A DNA stretch of 64,000 nt, from assembly GCA_963664325.2 (NCBI GenBank), contig CAXXDQ010000004.1, positions 288,001 to 352,000 on the forward strand, given 5' to 3'. Under the pieces are notes generated by a model. The model saw nothing but the letters and a program-made list of their open reading frames with translations, was not told where the DNA came from and ran no database searches. The stretch comes from Desulfomonilia bacterium (GTDB lineage: Bacteria; Desulfobacterota; Desulfomonilia; UBA1062). Of this stretch, positions 17,382 through 25,761 are shown one piece after another (position 1 is the stretch's first letter; the number at the start of each line of letters is the position of its first letter). The translations under genes were made by a program, and so were the position numbers.

Positions 17382-18479
17382 TCATTTATAAACGCTGAAA
17401 TCAATCCCCCGGTTGTTTCCCCGCTCTTCGAACCATTCATTTTCAGTCAGAGGCGGAACGGCAATTTCCGATTCGGGTTTTCGAACAAGTTTCATTGCTG
17501 AGGCCGGACAGGTTGTTATGCATAACCCGCATCCTATACATCGTTCTTTGATAATCCCGTAAACATCTCCCGGAGCGATAGCATTAACCTGGCAGCGCTC
17601 CGAGGCGCATATACCGCAGCCGGTACAGGCATCAGTATTAATATCTGCAACATACATGGAATTCACAACCTGCGCGGCAGGGACATTAAATCTGTTGATG
17701 GACAAAAGCACTCCGCAGCAGCATGAGCAGCAGTTGCAGATAAATATTCTGCCATGCTGCAAATTGAATGTTAGATGTACCAGCGCCATATCTTCGGTTT
17801 CTTTCAGCAGTTCGTAAGCCTGTTGTCTGGTCAGGGTCCGGCCGGAGCCGTAATCTTCAAAGGCATCCGGGATCGGGGCCATTGCCATGCAGACCTGCAG
17901 GGGACGGTCGCAGGCGTGTCCGGTAAGCCTCATTTTCTTTTTACATACACAATCCATTACCTTGAATGACTGGGACTGTTCAATCAGGGCGGATATTTTT
18001 TCAAACGGTAATGCCTCGTGCACTCCCTTGATTTCTTCTTCAACAGGCAAAACCTGCATCAGTTGAGGAGTATATGCCGTGAACGATTCCTCAAAAAAGG
18101 GCTGATACTCATCGAGCAGGATTGCCATTTCCCTGTCCATTCGATCGTTTTGAAATTCAAATATCCCGAAAACCCAGGGCATCATTTTATACCAGCGGAA
18201 CTCACCGAATTTCACTGAAAAGACCTGTCCGTCTTCACGCATTGTTTCGAGGATATCCCTTGTCTGCAGCGGATCACGCCCTGTTCGCAGGGAAACCTCA
18301 TCGGCCGTCTCCATGGTGAGTCTTAATTCGCAGAACATCTCGGCCTGTTCGGGCGTGAATATTTTCTTAAGCAGCTTTATTTCGATCCCAGATTCGGTCG
18401 GAGGAAAGCCATTCGGCAGCGTATCAAGGACACGTGCAAGCTTTTTATAAATAGAATCGTTCATAAGTGGCTTCTCCAT
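17382..18479 (-). CDS. 4Fe-4S binding protein (Cys-rich, C-terminal ferredoxin dicluster)
   Basis: CVC, ICNCCSCCC, CTGCGICASERC and CIGCGLCITTCP motifs. Confidence 0.8.
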   Translation of the reverse strand: MEKPLMNDSIYKKLARVLDTLPNGFPPTESGIEIKLLKKIFTPEQAEMFCELRLTMETADEVSLRTGRDPLQTRDILETMREDGQVFSVKFGEFRWYKMMPWVFGIFEFQNDRMDREMAILLDEYQPFFEESFTAYTPQLMQVLPVEEEIKGVHEALPFEKISALIEQSQSFKVMDCVCKKKMRLTGHACDRPLQVCMAMAPIPDAFEDYGSGRTLTRQQAYELLKETEDMALVHLTFNLQHGRIFICNCCSCCCGVLLSINRFNVPAAQVVNSMYVADINTDACTGCGICASERCQVNAIAPGDVYGIIKERCIGCGLCITTCPASAMKLVRKPESEIAVPPLTENEWFEERGNNRGIDFSVYK

Positions 18480-18581
18480 ATGATTTTTGTTATGCAGTTT
18501 TATTTCTATACCTCCCCCGGAAAAGAAATAGAAGAAGATATATAGGGGTTTTCAGTTATTTCTCAAGGAAAGTTATTGACA

Positions 18582-18608
18582 GGCGGCAGGAAAAAAGATC
18601 CTGCCGCC
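18582..18608 (-). terminator. Putative intrinsic terminator hairpin downstream of the 18621-20417 gene
   Basis: 10-bp stem GGCGGCAGGA / TCCTGCCGCC about 12 bp past the stop; weak U-tract. Confidence 0.5.
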
Positions 18609-18620
18609 ATCGGATAATAA

Positions 18621-20417
18621 TCAGTTTGCTGCGGTGCCGATAAAACAGAGCCCGCTAACAGGCAGTTTTGAAGCATCAAGATCGCCTACAGCCATTTTCA
18701 TATAACAGTTTCCGGAATTGTCATATGCCACTTTGCCAGGATCTGCCCCCGTCTTTGGAAGAATGCCGTAATCTGCAAGCGGCAGACTCATGCTGATATC
18801 GGCGTTCCCGCCGGTAAAACCGGAAACAATCAGCGGGAAGTATGAGCTATGGTCAAACATGCTCATGTCCATATTGTCCTTCATGATATGAATGTGGCAG
18901 ATGTCATATTGAGGAGAAATTTTCAGATCTAGATACGAAGTCTTATTGTCAGAATGGAAACTGGCCTCGAACATTATCGTCACGTCAAGGGAAAGTTCCG
19001 TCCTCGGTCTAGGCGTGCCAGCTTCAACCTCAAAAAGCTTCAGCCGTACGTCGTTTATAGCCACCCTCTGGTTGATCATGTCGATTGCTATGCCGCCCGG
19101 GTTTATTGAAACATCCAGGTTCATGGAATTGTTAGGATCATCGGGTGAAAAGAAATCGGTAAGCTTCTGGATATCCTTTATCTCAATAGAAAAACCGTTC
19201 ATAAGCGCAGACAGCACCTGATTGAGATTATAGTCTGAAAGGGCAAGACCGATGTCTGCATTATCACCCTGCAGCATCGTCATATCCATCTTAAGCGTAT
19301 TCGTATTGTCTTCAGTCACAGCTGGCCAGATATAATTCCCATCTTTGTCTTTTTGAACAGTACCAGCCGGAGCGGCATAAAGGCCGGCACTGATTGCGGC
19401 ATTATTTTCCGTAGTCGAGTCCGGCAGCCCTTTGAGATCCAGGAACATTACCGAATCCAGCTTGAGCCCGGATAGAATCCCGGCAAGAGGGTCGTCGCTG
19501 TTAGGGTCTGTTGGACCTGCAAGACCGGATATCATGTCAGGAATATTAAATCCGAGCGCCCCAACTGAGATACCGTTTATATCAAGGCCCTTACCCAGAA
19601 TGCCTTTCAGGATTGCGCTGATTACAGTATTTAAAATACTGCCGCTGCCGCTGCCGCCGGTTATATTCTCAAGTCCAATGAACAGGCCCCTGGTATTTTT
19701 GTTCATATCGTTTATGGCGACATCACAGCCTATGCTTCCGAGATCGACATGAATGATCCCGTTCCCACCTACAGCAGGACTTAAATTCTGTATTGAAATA
19801 CCTTTTACCTGCTGGGCGATCAGGGGATTTGCAACCTTTACAGCTTGCTTGAGAAAACTTTTGCTGAGTGATATGCCTAGGCCTTTATCCACAAGCATAT
19901 CTGCAGGCGCCCCCATTCCTTCTTCGGTCCTGACAACAAATTTTTCCTTTGAAGCCAGCGCATCTTCATAAATCACCTGGATCAGTATCGGGCATGTAAG
20001 CAAATAATCAGCCGGGGCCAGCTTATATTCACAGACATAATAACCCGAATCAGGGTCCGGCAGAGCCTCTACCTGATAATCATTTCCTCCGTCGCTTATA
20101 AATACGCGCTCCGGTACGACGACACCGTCAATTTTTCTTTGAGTGACATCAATGCCGAATTTATGTTTTCCGGGTGTAAAAACATCACCGTTTGCAACCT
20201 TAACAAACTTGTAGCTTTTATCGTCTCCTGTCTGTTTCCAGACATAAAGAGTTATTGTCTGCGCATCGCTGAAGTCAACGGCTTTCACGGATGAGCCGGT
20301 ATCGTAAAAGGATTCGTCTTTTGCAAGATCTTCATTATGATTACCCCCACCGCAAGCTGAAAAGAACATTGCCATCAGACCAAAAAGAATAATTGAGAAA
20401 TAATTTTTATTCTTCAT
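18621..20417 (-). CDS. Uncharacterised lipoprotein, possible BPI/LBP (TULIP) lipid-binding fold, C-terminal CFI-box-like tail
   Basis: Lipobox FSAC; GAGGAGG RBS; IGLALSDYNLNQVLSAL resembles the BPI/LBP C-domain motif; ends GLCFIGTAAN. The ORF is solid; the fold is inference. Confidence 0.6.
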   Translation of the reverse strand: MKNKNYFSIILFGLMAMFFSACGGGNHNEDLAKDESFYDTGSSVKAVDFSDAQTITLYVWKQTGDDKSYKFVKVANGDVFTPGKHKFGIDVTQRKIDGVVVPERVFISDGGNDYQVEALPDPDSGYYVCEYKLAPADYLLTCPILIQVIYEDALASKEKFVVRTEEGMGAPADMLVDKGLGISLSKSFLKQAVKVANPLIAQQVKGISIQNLSPAVGGNGIIHVDLGSIGCDVAINDMNKNTRGLFIGLENITGGSGSGSILNTVISAILKGILGKGLDINGISVGALGFNIPDMISGLAGPTDPNSDDPLAGILSGLKLDSVMFLDLKGLPDSTTENNAAISAGLYAAPAGTVQKDKDGNYIWPAVTEDNTNTLKMDMTMLQGDNADIGLALSDYNLNQVLSALMNGFSIEIKDIQKLTDFFSPDDPNNSMNLDVSINPGGIAIDMINQRVAINDVRLKLFEVEAGTPRPRTELSLDVTIMFEASFHSDNKTSYLDLKISPQYDICHIHIMKDNMDMSMFDHSSYFPLIVSGFTGGNADISMSLPLADYGILPKTGADPGKVAYDNSGNCYMKMAVGDLDASKLPVSGLCFIGTAAN

Positions 20418-20535
20418 ACTTGCCTCCTCATGATTGAGAACCTTCCGGATATATTAATATATTTCATAATTATACTCCTTTTAAGTTTTCTATAAAACCT
20501 GTTAGGAATAAAGTGTTTTATTATTAAAATATATA

Positions 20536-20552
20536 AGCAATGTATATGCCTA
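20536..20552 (-). promoter_or_regulatory. Putative sigma54 (-24/-12) promoter for the lipoprotein gene
   Basis: Minus strand reads TAGGCATATACATTGCT (GG-N10-GC with TTGC), about 120 bp upstream of the start in an AT-rich spacer. Confidence 0.55.
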
Positions 20553-20692
20553 TAATAACCTATTGATATTATTAAAACCCTCTTCTATCATAAGAAATTA
20601 ATTACCTCTTTTACAGACAATTCATTTCTTATTTGGATATTCATTGAGATAAAATTTCCACACTCATTAATATACAATTATCATGTTTAACC

Positions 20693-20733
20693 TTGACAAA
20701 AATGAAGCTATTTGTCAATTGGTAAGACCATTT
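20693..20733 (+). promoter_or_regulatory. Putative promoter with FadR-subfamily operator AATTGGTAAGACCATTT
   Basis: TTGACA at 20693-20698; operator at 20717-20733 is one base from the PdhR box AATTGGTAAGACCAATT; also the inverted repeat TTGACAAA-N10-TTTGTCAA (20693-20718). Confidence 0.72.
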
Positions 20734-20762
20734 TGTTTCAACTTCTAATACAGGAGGTCTCA

Positions 20763-21893
20763 TTGAAAGGAGTCCGTTTCGAACCGATAGGCTTTTACAA
20801 GGAATCCCTGATCAAGAGAATGAAGGAAAAAGGCCTCGATGCTGTTTTACTGACCACGCCTGAAAATGTAATGTATACTACCGGATACCCGTGCCTGCCC
20901 GGAAGCGGTAACCCTATTTTATTTGCGCTCAAAAACCAGTTCCCGTTTCTATCTTTTATTGAACTTGACGGCAAAGTTACCCTTGGCTGCTGGATCGGGG
21001 CGATACTGGGTGATGTAGAGTTTGAATGCGATCATATGGAACTCTGGGCCGACAGGTCAGGTGCAGAGGTTACGCTTAATAACTTTTTTCAGGCAAAAAA
21101 TCTTTCCGGAAAAAAAGTAGGCGTTGAATCAGGGATGCCCGTTTATCTGCGGGACATAATCATTAAAACCTCACCTGGTGTAGAACTGGAATACATTGAC
21201 AATGTTATGGATTCACTAAGGTTGATCAAATCCGATTATGAACTTGAAATGATCAGAAAGGCAACAATGATAGCAGAAACGACTGTGAAAGAACTGATCA
21301 GTGAAGTCATAAAGCCTGGCATTACCAGGCCGGAGCTGATTCAGGAGGCCAAGTGGCGCATGATTAGAAACGGGGCCACGGGAATCGGTCATGTTACCAT
21401 TTCATTCGGCACTTCAAACCCGGAGGTTTCAATCAATGAAACGCTGGGTACAGGACAGCTCGTTGCACTCGACCTTGGAGCTAGTTATTACGGCTATCTC
21501 TCGGACATAAGACGGCATGCCTTTACCGGGACAATCCCCGAAGGTCTGACCTTACTGCATAATAAAATGATTGGTATTGTGAATGAGGTGAGCAGGTATC
21601 TCGTCCCGGGAGCAACGGCCAAAGAAATATATGATATGGCCGTTAAAATTTATGAACGCGAAAGATTGGTCCCGCTTATTGTGACGGCCGGCCATTCAAT
21701 AGGCCTTATGACTGAAGAAGTCTGGCTTTATAACCTTAGCGATCTAGTGCTGAATCCCGGTATGGTGATTAATATCGAGTTGTATTACAGCTATGAAGAA
21801 GGAATAGAAATAGGCGATGAAGAAACATACATCATCACTGAAACCATACCTGAAAAGATAACTGTTCTGCCGGTGGATATAATAAGCGTATAA
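20763..21893 (+). CDS. M24-family (Xaa-Pro peptidase/creatinase-like) metallohydrolase
   Basis: Creatinase-N-like domain; LRLIKS..E; metal ligands in DLG..GYLSD, GHSIG, NIE, DEE. TTG start at 20763 follows AGGAGG. Confidence 0.85.
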   Translation: MKGVRFEPIGFYKESLIKRMKEKGLDAVLLTTPENVMYTTGYPCLPGSGNPILFALKNQFPFLSFIELDGKVTLGCWIGAILGDVEFECDHMELWADRSGAEVTLNNFFQAKNLSGKKVGVESGMPVYLRDIIIKTSPGVELEYIDNVMDSLRLIKSDYELEMIRKATMIAETTVKELISEVIKPGITRPELIQEAKWRMIRNGATGIGHVTISFGTSNPEVSINETLGTGQLVALDLGASYYGYLSDIRRHAFTGTIPEGLTLLHNKMIGIVNEVSRYLVPGATAKEIYDMAVKIYERERLVPLIVTAGHSIGLMTEEVWLYNLSDLVLNPGMVINIELYYSYEEGIEIGDEETYIITETIPEKITVLPVDIISV

Positions 21894-21916
21894 GCACACC
21901 GGATTGGAGATATCCA

Positions 21917-22672
21917 GTGACACAGAAAAGCAAATCGGTTTTAAAAAAAGATCGCTCAGGAAATCAGGCAAAACCGTCTGAAACATATGCCAACGGAGAA
22001 GTCCTGCCGGAAAAGCTTGCCCAGAGGGTTCTGACGCTTATAAGAGAAAAAGGGCTTAAAGCCGGAGACAAGCTCCCTCCTGAAAGAGTGCTTTCGGCTA
22101 TTTTTAATGTGAGCAGGCCTTCGCTAAGAGAGGCTCTCCACGCCCTGAAGCTTATGAATATTATTGAAAACCGACAGGGTTCGGGGACCTTTGTCTCATC
22201 GCTTACCCCTGAAAAGCTTGTCGAGCACCTCGACATCGAGTTTGCCCTTGACGATTCCACTTATGCAAACCTGCTCCAGGCAAGAACCATTCTTGAAGCG
22301 GGAATGGTGGCCCTTGCTGCCGAAAATATCGATGAAAACGATATATGTGAAATCGAGCGCTGTCTTGATGAGGCCGTCAAGGTTATAGACGACCCCGAAA
22401 TATTCATGGCATGTGATATTGACTTGCATAGGCGTATTATGGAAGTTGCCGGAAACAGGATCATAAAGGCATTCATGCATTCAATAGACAGGATAAGCAT
22501 CTACAGCAGGCGGAGAACCGGTGATGACATGGAGGTTCGCAGGCAGGCCGTAAAAGACCACAGGGAGATCGTGACGGCCCTGAAGGCTCATGACCCCGAT
22601 GCGGCAAGAAAGGCCATGATCGCGCACCTTTCGCATGTAGGCAAAAAGTTCAATTTATTGAGCGTGTCATGA
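21917..22672 (+). CDS. FadR/GntR-family transcriptional regulator
   Basis: GDKLPPERVL..FNVSRPSLREAL..L, GSGTFV winged HTH; FCD domain D..LH...H..I...D..A...M..HL. Confidence 0.93.
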   Translation: MTQKSKSVLKKDRSGNQAKPSETYANGEVLPEKLAQRVLTLIREKGLKAGDKLPPERVLSAIFNVSRPSLREALHALKLMNIIENRQGSGTFVSSLTPEKLVEHLDIEFALDDSTYANLLQARTILEAGMVALAAENIDENDICEIERCLDEAVKVIDDPEIFMACDIDLHRRIMEVAGNRIIKAFMHSIDRISIYSRRRTGDDMEVRRQAVKDHREIVTALKAHDPDAARKAMIAHLSHVGKKFNLLSVS

Positions 22673-23842
22673 CTAGGAATGTTTCGGGCTGAATATCCTG
22701 CTTAAAATATTACCCTGAATCCTAATTGCCGCCTCCGGGCAGACTTCTATGCAGCAGAAACAGCGAATGCATGTATCATAGTTGAAGCGGGCAACTGTGC
22801 TGCCTTTGTCAATAGCCTGTGCCGAGCATATCTGTCTGCACTGATAACAGAGTGTGCATTTTCCTTCGATAGGCACAGGCCTTTCAACGGTCAGTCTTTT
22901 TATGAGGTTGTTGATCCTTTTAAATTTCTCCATCCTGACCTGGAAAGGCAGCGGTGCCGGTTCGAATTTATGAAGCTTGAGTTTGTTGAAGACATCCCGG
23001 TCAAATTCAATTTCATTAAAGCCTTTTTTCCCAAGGCCGCGCCCTGCAGCAATGGAGATTGTTTTAATCAGCTTAGGATTGAACCCGACCAGGCTTGCTG
23101 CAATAAAATCCGCTGCAACGGCATCTTCAGACACAATGACTGCACCGATTTCCCTTGGTTTTCCACCGGTGCTTGGGCCGTTTCCCTCCATGCCGACAAT
23201 GGCATCTATCAGGTGCACGATGCCTTTGGGCTTGAAGAATACCGAGCATACGGCCTCAAAATAGTCTACCAGAAAGTCGCAGAAGAGCTCCCTGGTATTG
23301 GCCTTTAAGTGCCACTGCGTTTTTGCCATTCCGGGTATCAGGCCGAAAAGGTTTTTCATGGCGCCTGTTATATAGGTAAGTCCGTGCGTCTTTAATTTTG
23401 GCAGATTGAAGATAAAATCGGTACCGGCAACACTTTTCATGATCTCGAAATGCCTGTATCTTAGGCCGTTATCATTTGTAACAGTCATGATGTCCTGTTC
23501 AAGGTCGACCTCGACGCATTCCTCCTTAACGACTTTATCATAGCCTGTTGTACGAAAGACTTTGGGAAGCGAGTGAATCGCCGGGGATTCTATAAGAACC
23601 GGCACCCCTCCGGCATCTTTTATTATTTGAACAGCTGCCCGGAAGAATTCCGGGTGGGTTACTATTGCCTGCTCCGGTTTGCTTGACAATAACAGATTGG
23701 GCTTCACTGCAACCTTTTTGCCCTTCAGCCGGGCAAGATCGAACCCGATTTCATTAAGGCCCTTATAAAGGTTATCTTTGATAAGGTTATTATCATAATG
23801 GCGTACTTCCCTTATCGAAACCCTGGACATATCTTCTCCCAT
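22673..23842 (-). CDS. DUF362 domain iron-sulfur protein
   Basis: VKPNLL..THP, NLPKLKTH, AMKNLFG, GMEGNGP; two C-terminal CxxCxxCxxxC motifs. Confidence 0.88.
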   Translation of the reverse strand: MGEDMSRVSIREVRHYDNNLIKDNLYKGLNEIGFDLARLKGKKVAVKPNLLLSSKPEQAIVTHPEFFRAAVQIIKDAGGVPVLIESPAIHSLPKVFRTTGYDKVVKEECVEVDLEQDIMTVTNDNGLRYRHFEIMKSVAGTDFIFNLPKLKTHGLTYITGAMKNLFGLIPGMAKTQWHLKANTRELFCDFLVDYFEAVCSVFFKPKGIVHLIDAIVGMEGNGPSTGGKPREIGAVIVSEDAVAADFIAASLVGFNPKLIKTISIAAGRGLGKKGFNEIEFDRDVFNKLKLHKFEPAPLPFQVRMEKFKRINNLIKRLTVERPVPIEGKCTLCYQCRQICSAQAIDKGSTVARFNYDTCIRCFCCIEVCPEAAIRIQGNILSRIFSPKHS

Positions 23843-23846
23843 AAGG

Positions 23847-24926
23847 CTATACGCTGAACCTGATGTTTAAGACATCGCCGTCCTTGACAGTGTAAGTCTT
23901 CCCTTCCAGCCTTATCAGTCCCTTTTCCTTGAGGTGTTTTTCCGAACCGTGAGCCATTATTTCATCATAGGTGAAGCACTCCGCCCTTATGAAGCCCCTC
24001 GCCAGGTCTGAATGTATCGTGCCTGCGGCCTCCAGTGCTGTTTCACCTTTGTGTATGGTCCATGCCTTCACCTCATCAGGACCCACCGTAAAGAACGTGA
24101 TCAATCCCAGAACGTCATAGGCCATTTGGGTGAGCCTGTCTCTGGCTGAGGATTCAATACACATATCGTCCATGAACAATTTCGCCTCATCTGAACTCAG
24201 GCGGCAGAGTTCCATTTCAAACTCCCCTGCAAATTCTATTGCAGGGAAAATGTCCTTCAGCCCGGCAAGAATATTTTCATTTTTCCCGTAAGACATATCA
24301 TCGGAATTCAGAATAATCAGGGTGGGCTTGAGTGTCAGGAACTGGAAACCTCTGATTGACTTTAGCTCTTCAGGAGCAAACCCCGCCGGATCCGGCCTCT
24401 TGTTGTCATTCAGGTAGGCAAGCACCTTTACCAGCGTCGCCCTTTCGAGATCAAGGGCCGGGGTTTTGCCTCCCTTTTTATACTGCGTATCTATTCGCTC
24501 TATCCTCGTTTCAGCTATTATAAGATCAGACAGGATCATATCCGAAATCACGTTTTCCAGGTCTCTTACCGGGTCATGCCGGCCTATGGCGGCATCAAGC
24601 ATTTCATTGGCAAAATTCCTGAGGACGACGGCCAGGGCCTCGGAGGTTTTGATCAGACCGAGCTCGCTTGCCGTAAATGACTGTTTTTTATCCTCGTCTC
24701 TGGAAATGCCCACAAAATCCATGAATTCGATTGAGGCATGCGTGGTTTTCTTGGGATTAAAAATTGAGCTCAAACTGTCAACGCGCGTATCCGCCACCTC
24801 CACAACCGAGATATTCGGTTCCGGCTTTCCAGATGTGAATGCTCCGGTTTCAGCCTCAGAACGCGTGATTGCATTGAACACAGTTGTCTTTCCTGCTTTT
24901 GCCAATCCGATCAGTCCTATCTTCAT
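23847..24926 (-). CDS. ychF: YchF/Ola1-family ATPase (divergent P-loop)
   Basis: GLAKAGKTT P-loop; FFTVGPDEVKAW, AAGTIHSDL.RGFIRAE, RLEGKTY.VKDGDV..RF C-terminal domain. Confidence 0.88.
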   Translation of the reverse strand: MKIGLIGLAKAGKTTVFNAITRSEAETGAFTSGKPEPNISVVEVADTRVDSLSSIFNPKKTTHASIEFMDFVGISRDEDKKQSFTASELGLIKTSEALAVVLRNFANEMLDAAIGRHDPVRDLENVISDMILSDLIIAETRIERIDTQYKKGGKTPALDLERATLVKVLAYLNDNKRPDPAGFAPEELKSIRGFQFLTLKPTLIILNSDDMSYGKNENILAGLKDIFPAIEFAGEFEMELCRLSSDEAKLFMDDMCIESSARDRLTQMAYDVLGLITFFTVGPDEVKAWTIHKGETALEAAGTIHSDLARGFIRAECFTYDEIMAHGSEKHLKEKGLIRLEGKTYTVKDGDVLNIRFSV

Positions 24927-25104
24927 TACGCTATTTTACAACAATTCGGCTCTTATATAAAGCGGGTTTATACCGATGGATGAATGGACTGTTTACGTCA
25001 ATGAATTTAAACAGAGAAAAATATATGAAATGAATCGGTTGAGTTATATCCGGATTTTTCTTCTTCAGTTATTTCCTTCATGCGCCGATTAATTGAGGGT
25101 AACC

Positions 25105-25752
25105 ATGATTACGAAGAATCCATTTCCAGAGTTTGTAGGTTATGCAGCTCTCACCCCGGAAACTGCCCGCGGATTTGCGCTTTCCAGACAGGAATCGGCC
25201 TTGCTGGGTCCAAAGGCGGTAAAAAAGAGAAGGGATGAGTTTCTTCTGGGGCGGGCGGCATGCAATTCGGCACTCAAGTCAATCGGAATAGAGAATCCTG
25301 CGCCCATTCTCAAGGGTCCGGCCAGCGAACCGTTATGGCCCAAAGGCATTATAGGGGCGTTAAGCCACTGCCAGGGCATGGCGGTCTGTGCCGTATGCCA
25401 TGATGATAAACTTAAAGGCCTTGGCGTTGACATCGAAGAACTTTCCGGCGAAATGCCTCAGGATGTCATCAAGCTGGTCTGCACCAGGCAGGAAATGGAA
25501 TGGGTCAGCGGGGAGATTTATAAGATGAAGATGATTTTTTCCTCAAAGGAAGCGGCTTTTAAAGCCTTCTTCCCGTCCGTTAGAACGTATATGGATTTTA
25601 AAGATGCCGAACTTAAATGGAACGAGCAAAAATCCGTGTTTGATGCCAGGCTTTTGAAAGGTTATGAACCGTTTGAGCCGGGTTTTTCCTTTGAAGTGGG
25701 AAGCTTGATAGATTCACGCTATATCCTGAGCTACGTCATGCTTAAAATTTAA
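25105..25752 (+). CDS. 4'-phosphopantetheinyl transferase (EntD/Sfp-like)
   Basis: KRRDEFLLGR, PLWPKG..GALSH, GVDIE, FSSKEAAFKA. Confidence 0.9.
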   Translation: MITKNPFPEFVGYAALTPETARGFALSRQESALLGPKAVKKRRDEFLLGRAACNSALKSIGIENPAPILKGPASEPLWPKGIIGALSHCQGMAVCAVCHDDKLKGLGVDIEELSGEMPQDVIKLVCTRQEMEWVSGEIYKMKMIFSSKEAAFKAFFPSVRTYMDFKDAELKWNEQKSVFDARLLKGYEPFEPGFSFEVGSLIDSRYILSYVMLKI

Positions 25753-25761
25753 GCGCTATTC

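Noticed and set aside
20712-20762. ORF-track upstream starts (20712, also 4807, 27207, 27601, 51418)
   Set aside because: They overlap promoters, operators or neighbouring genes; downstream starts have better RBS or domain boundaries.
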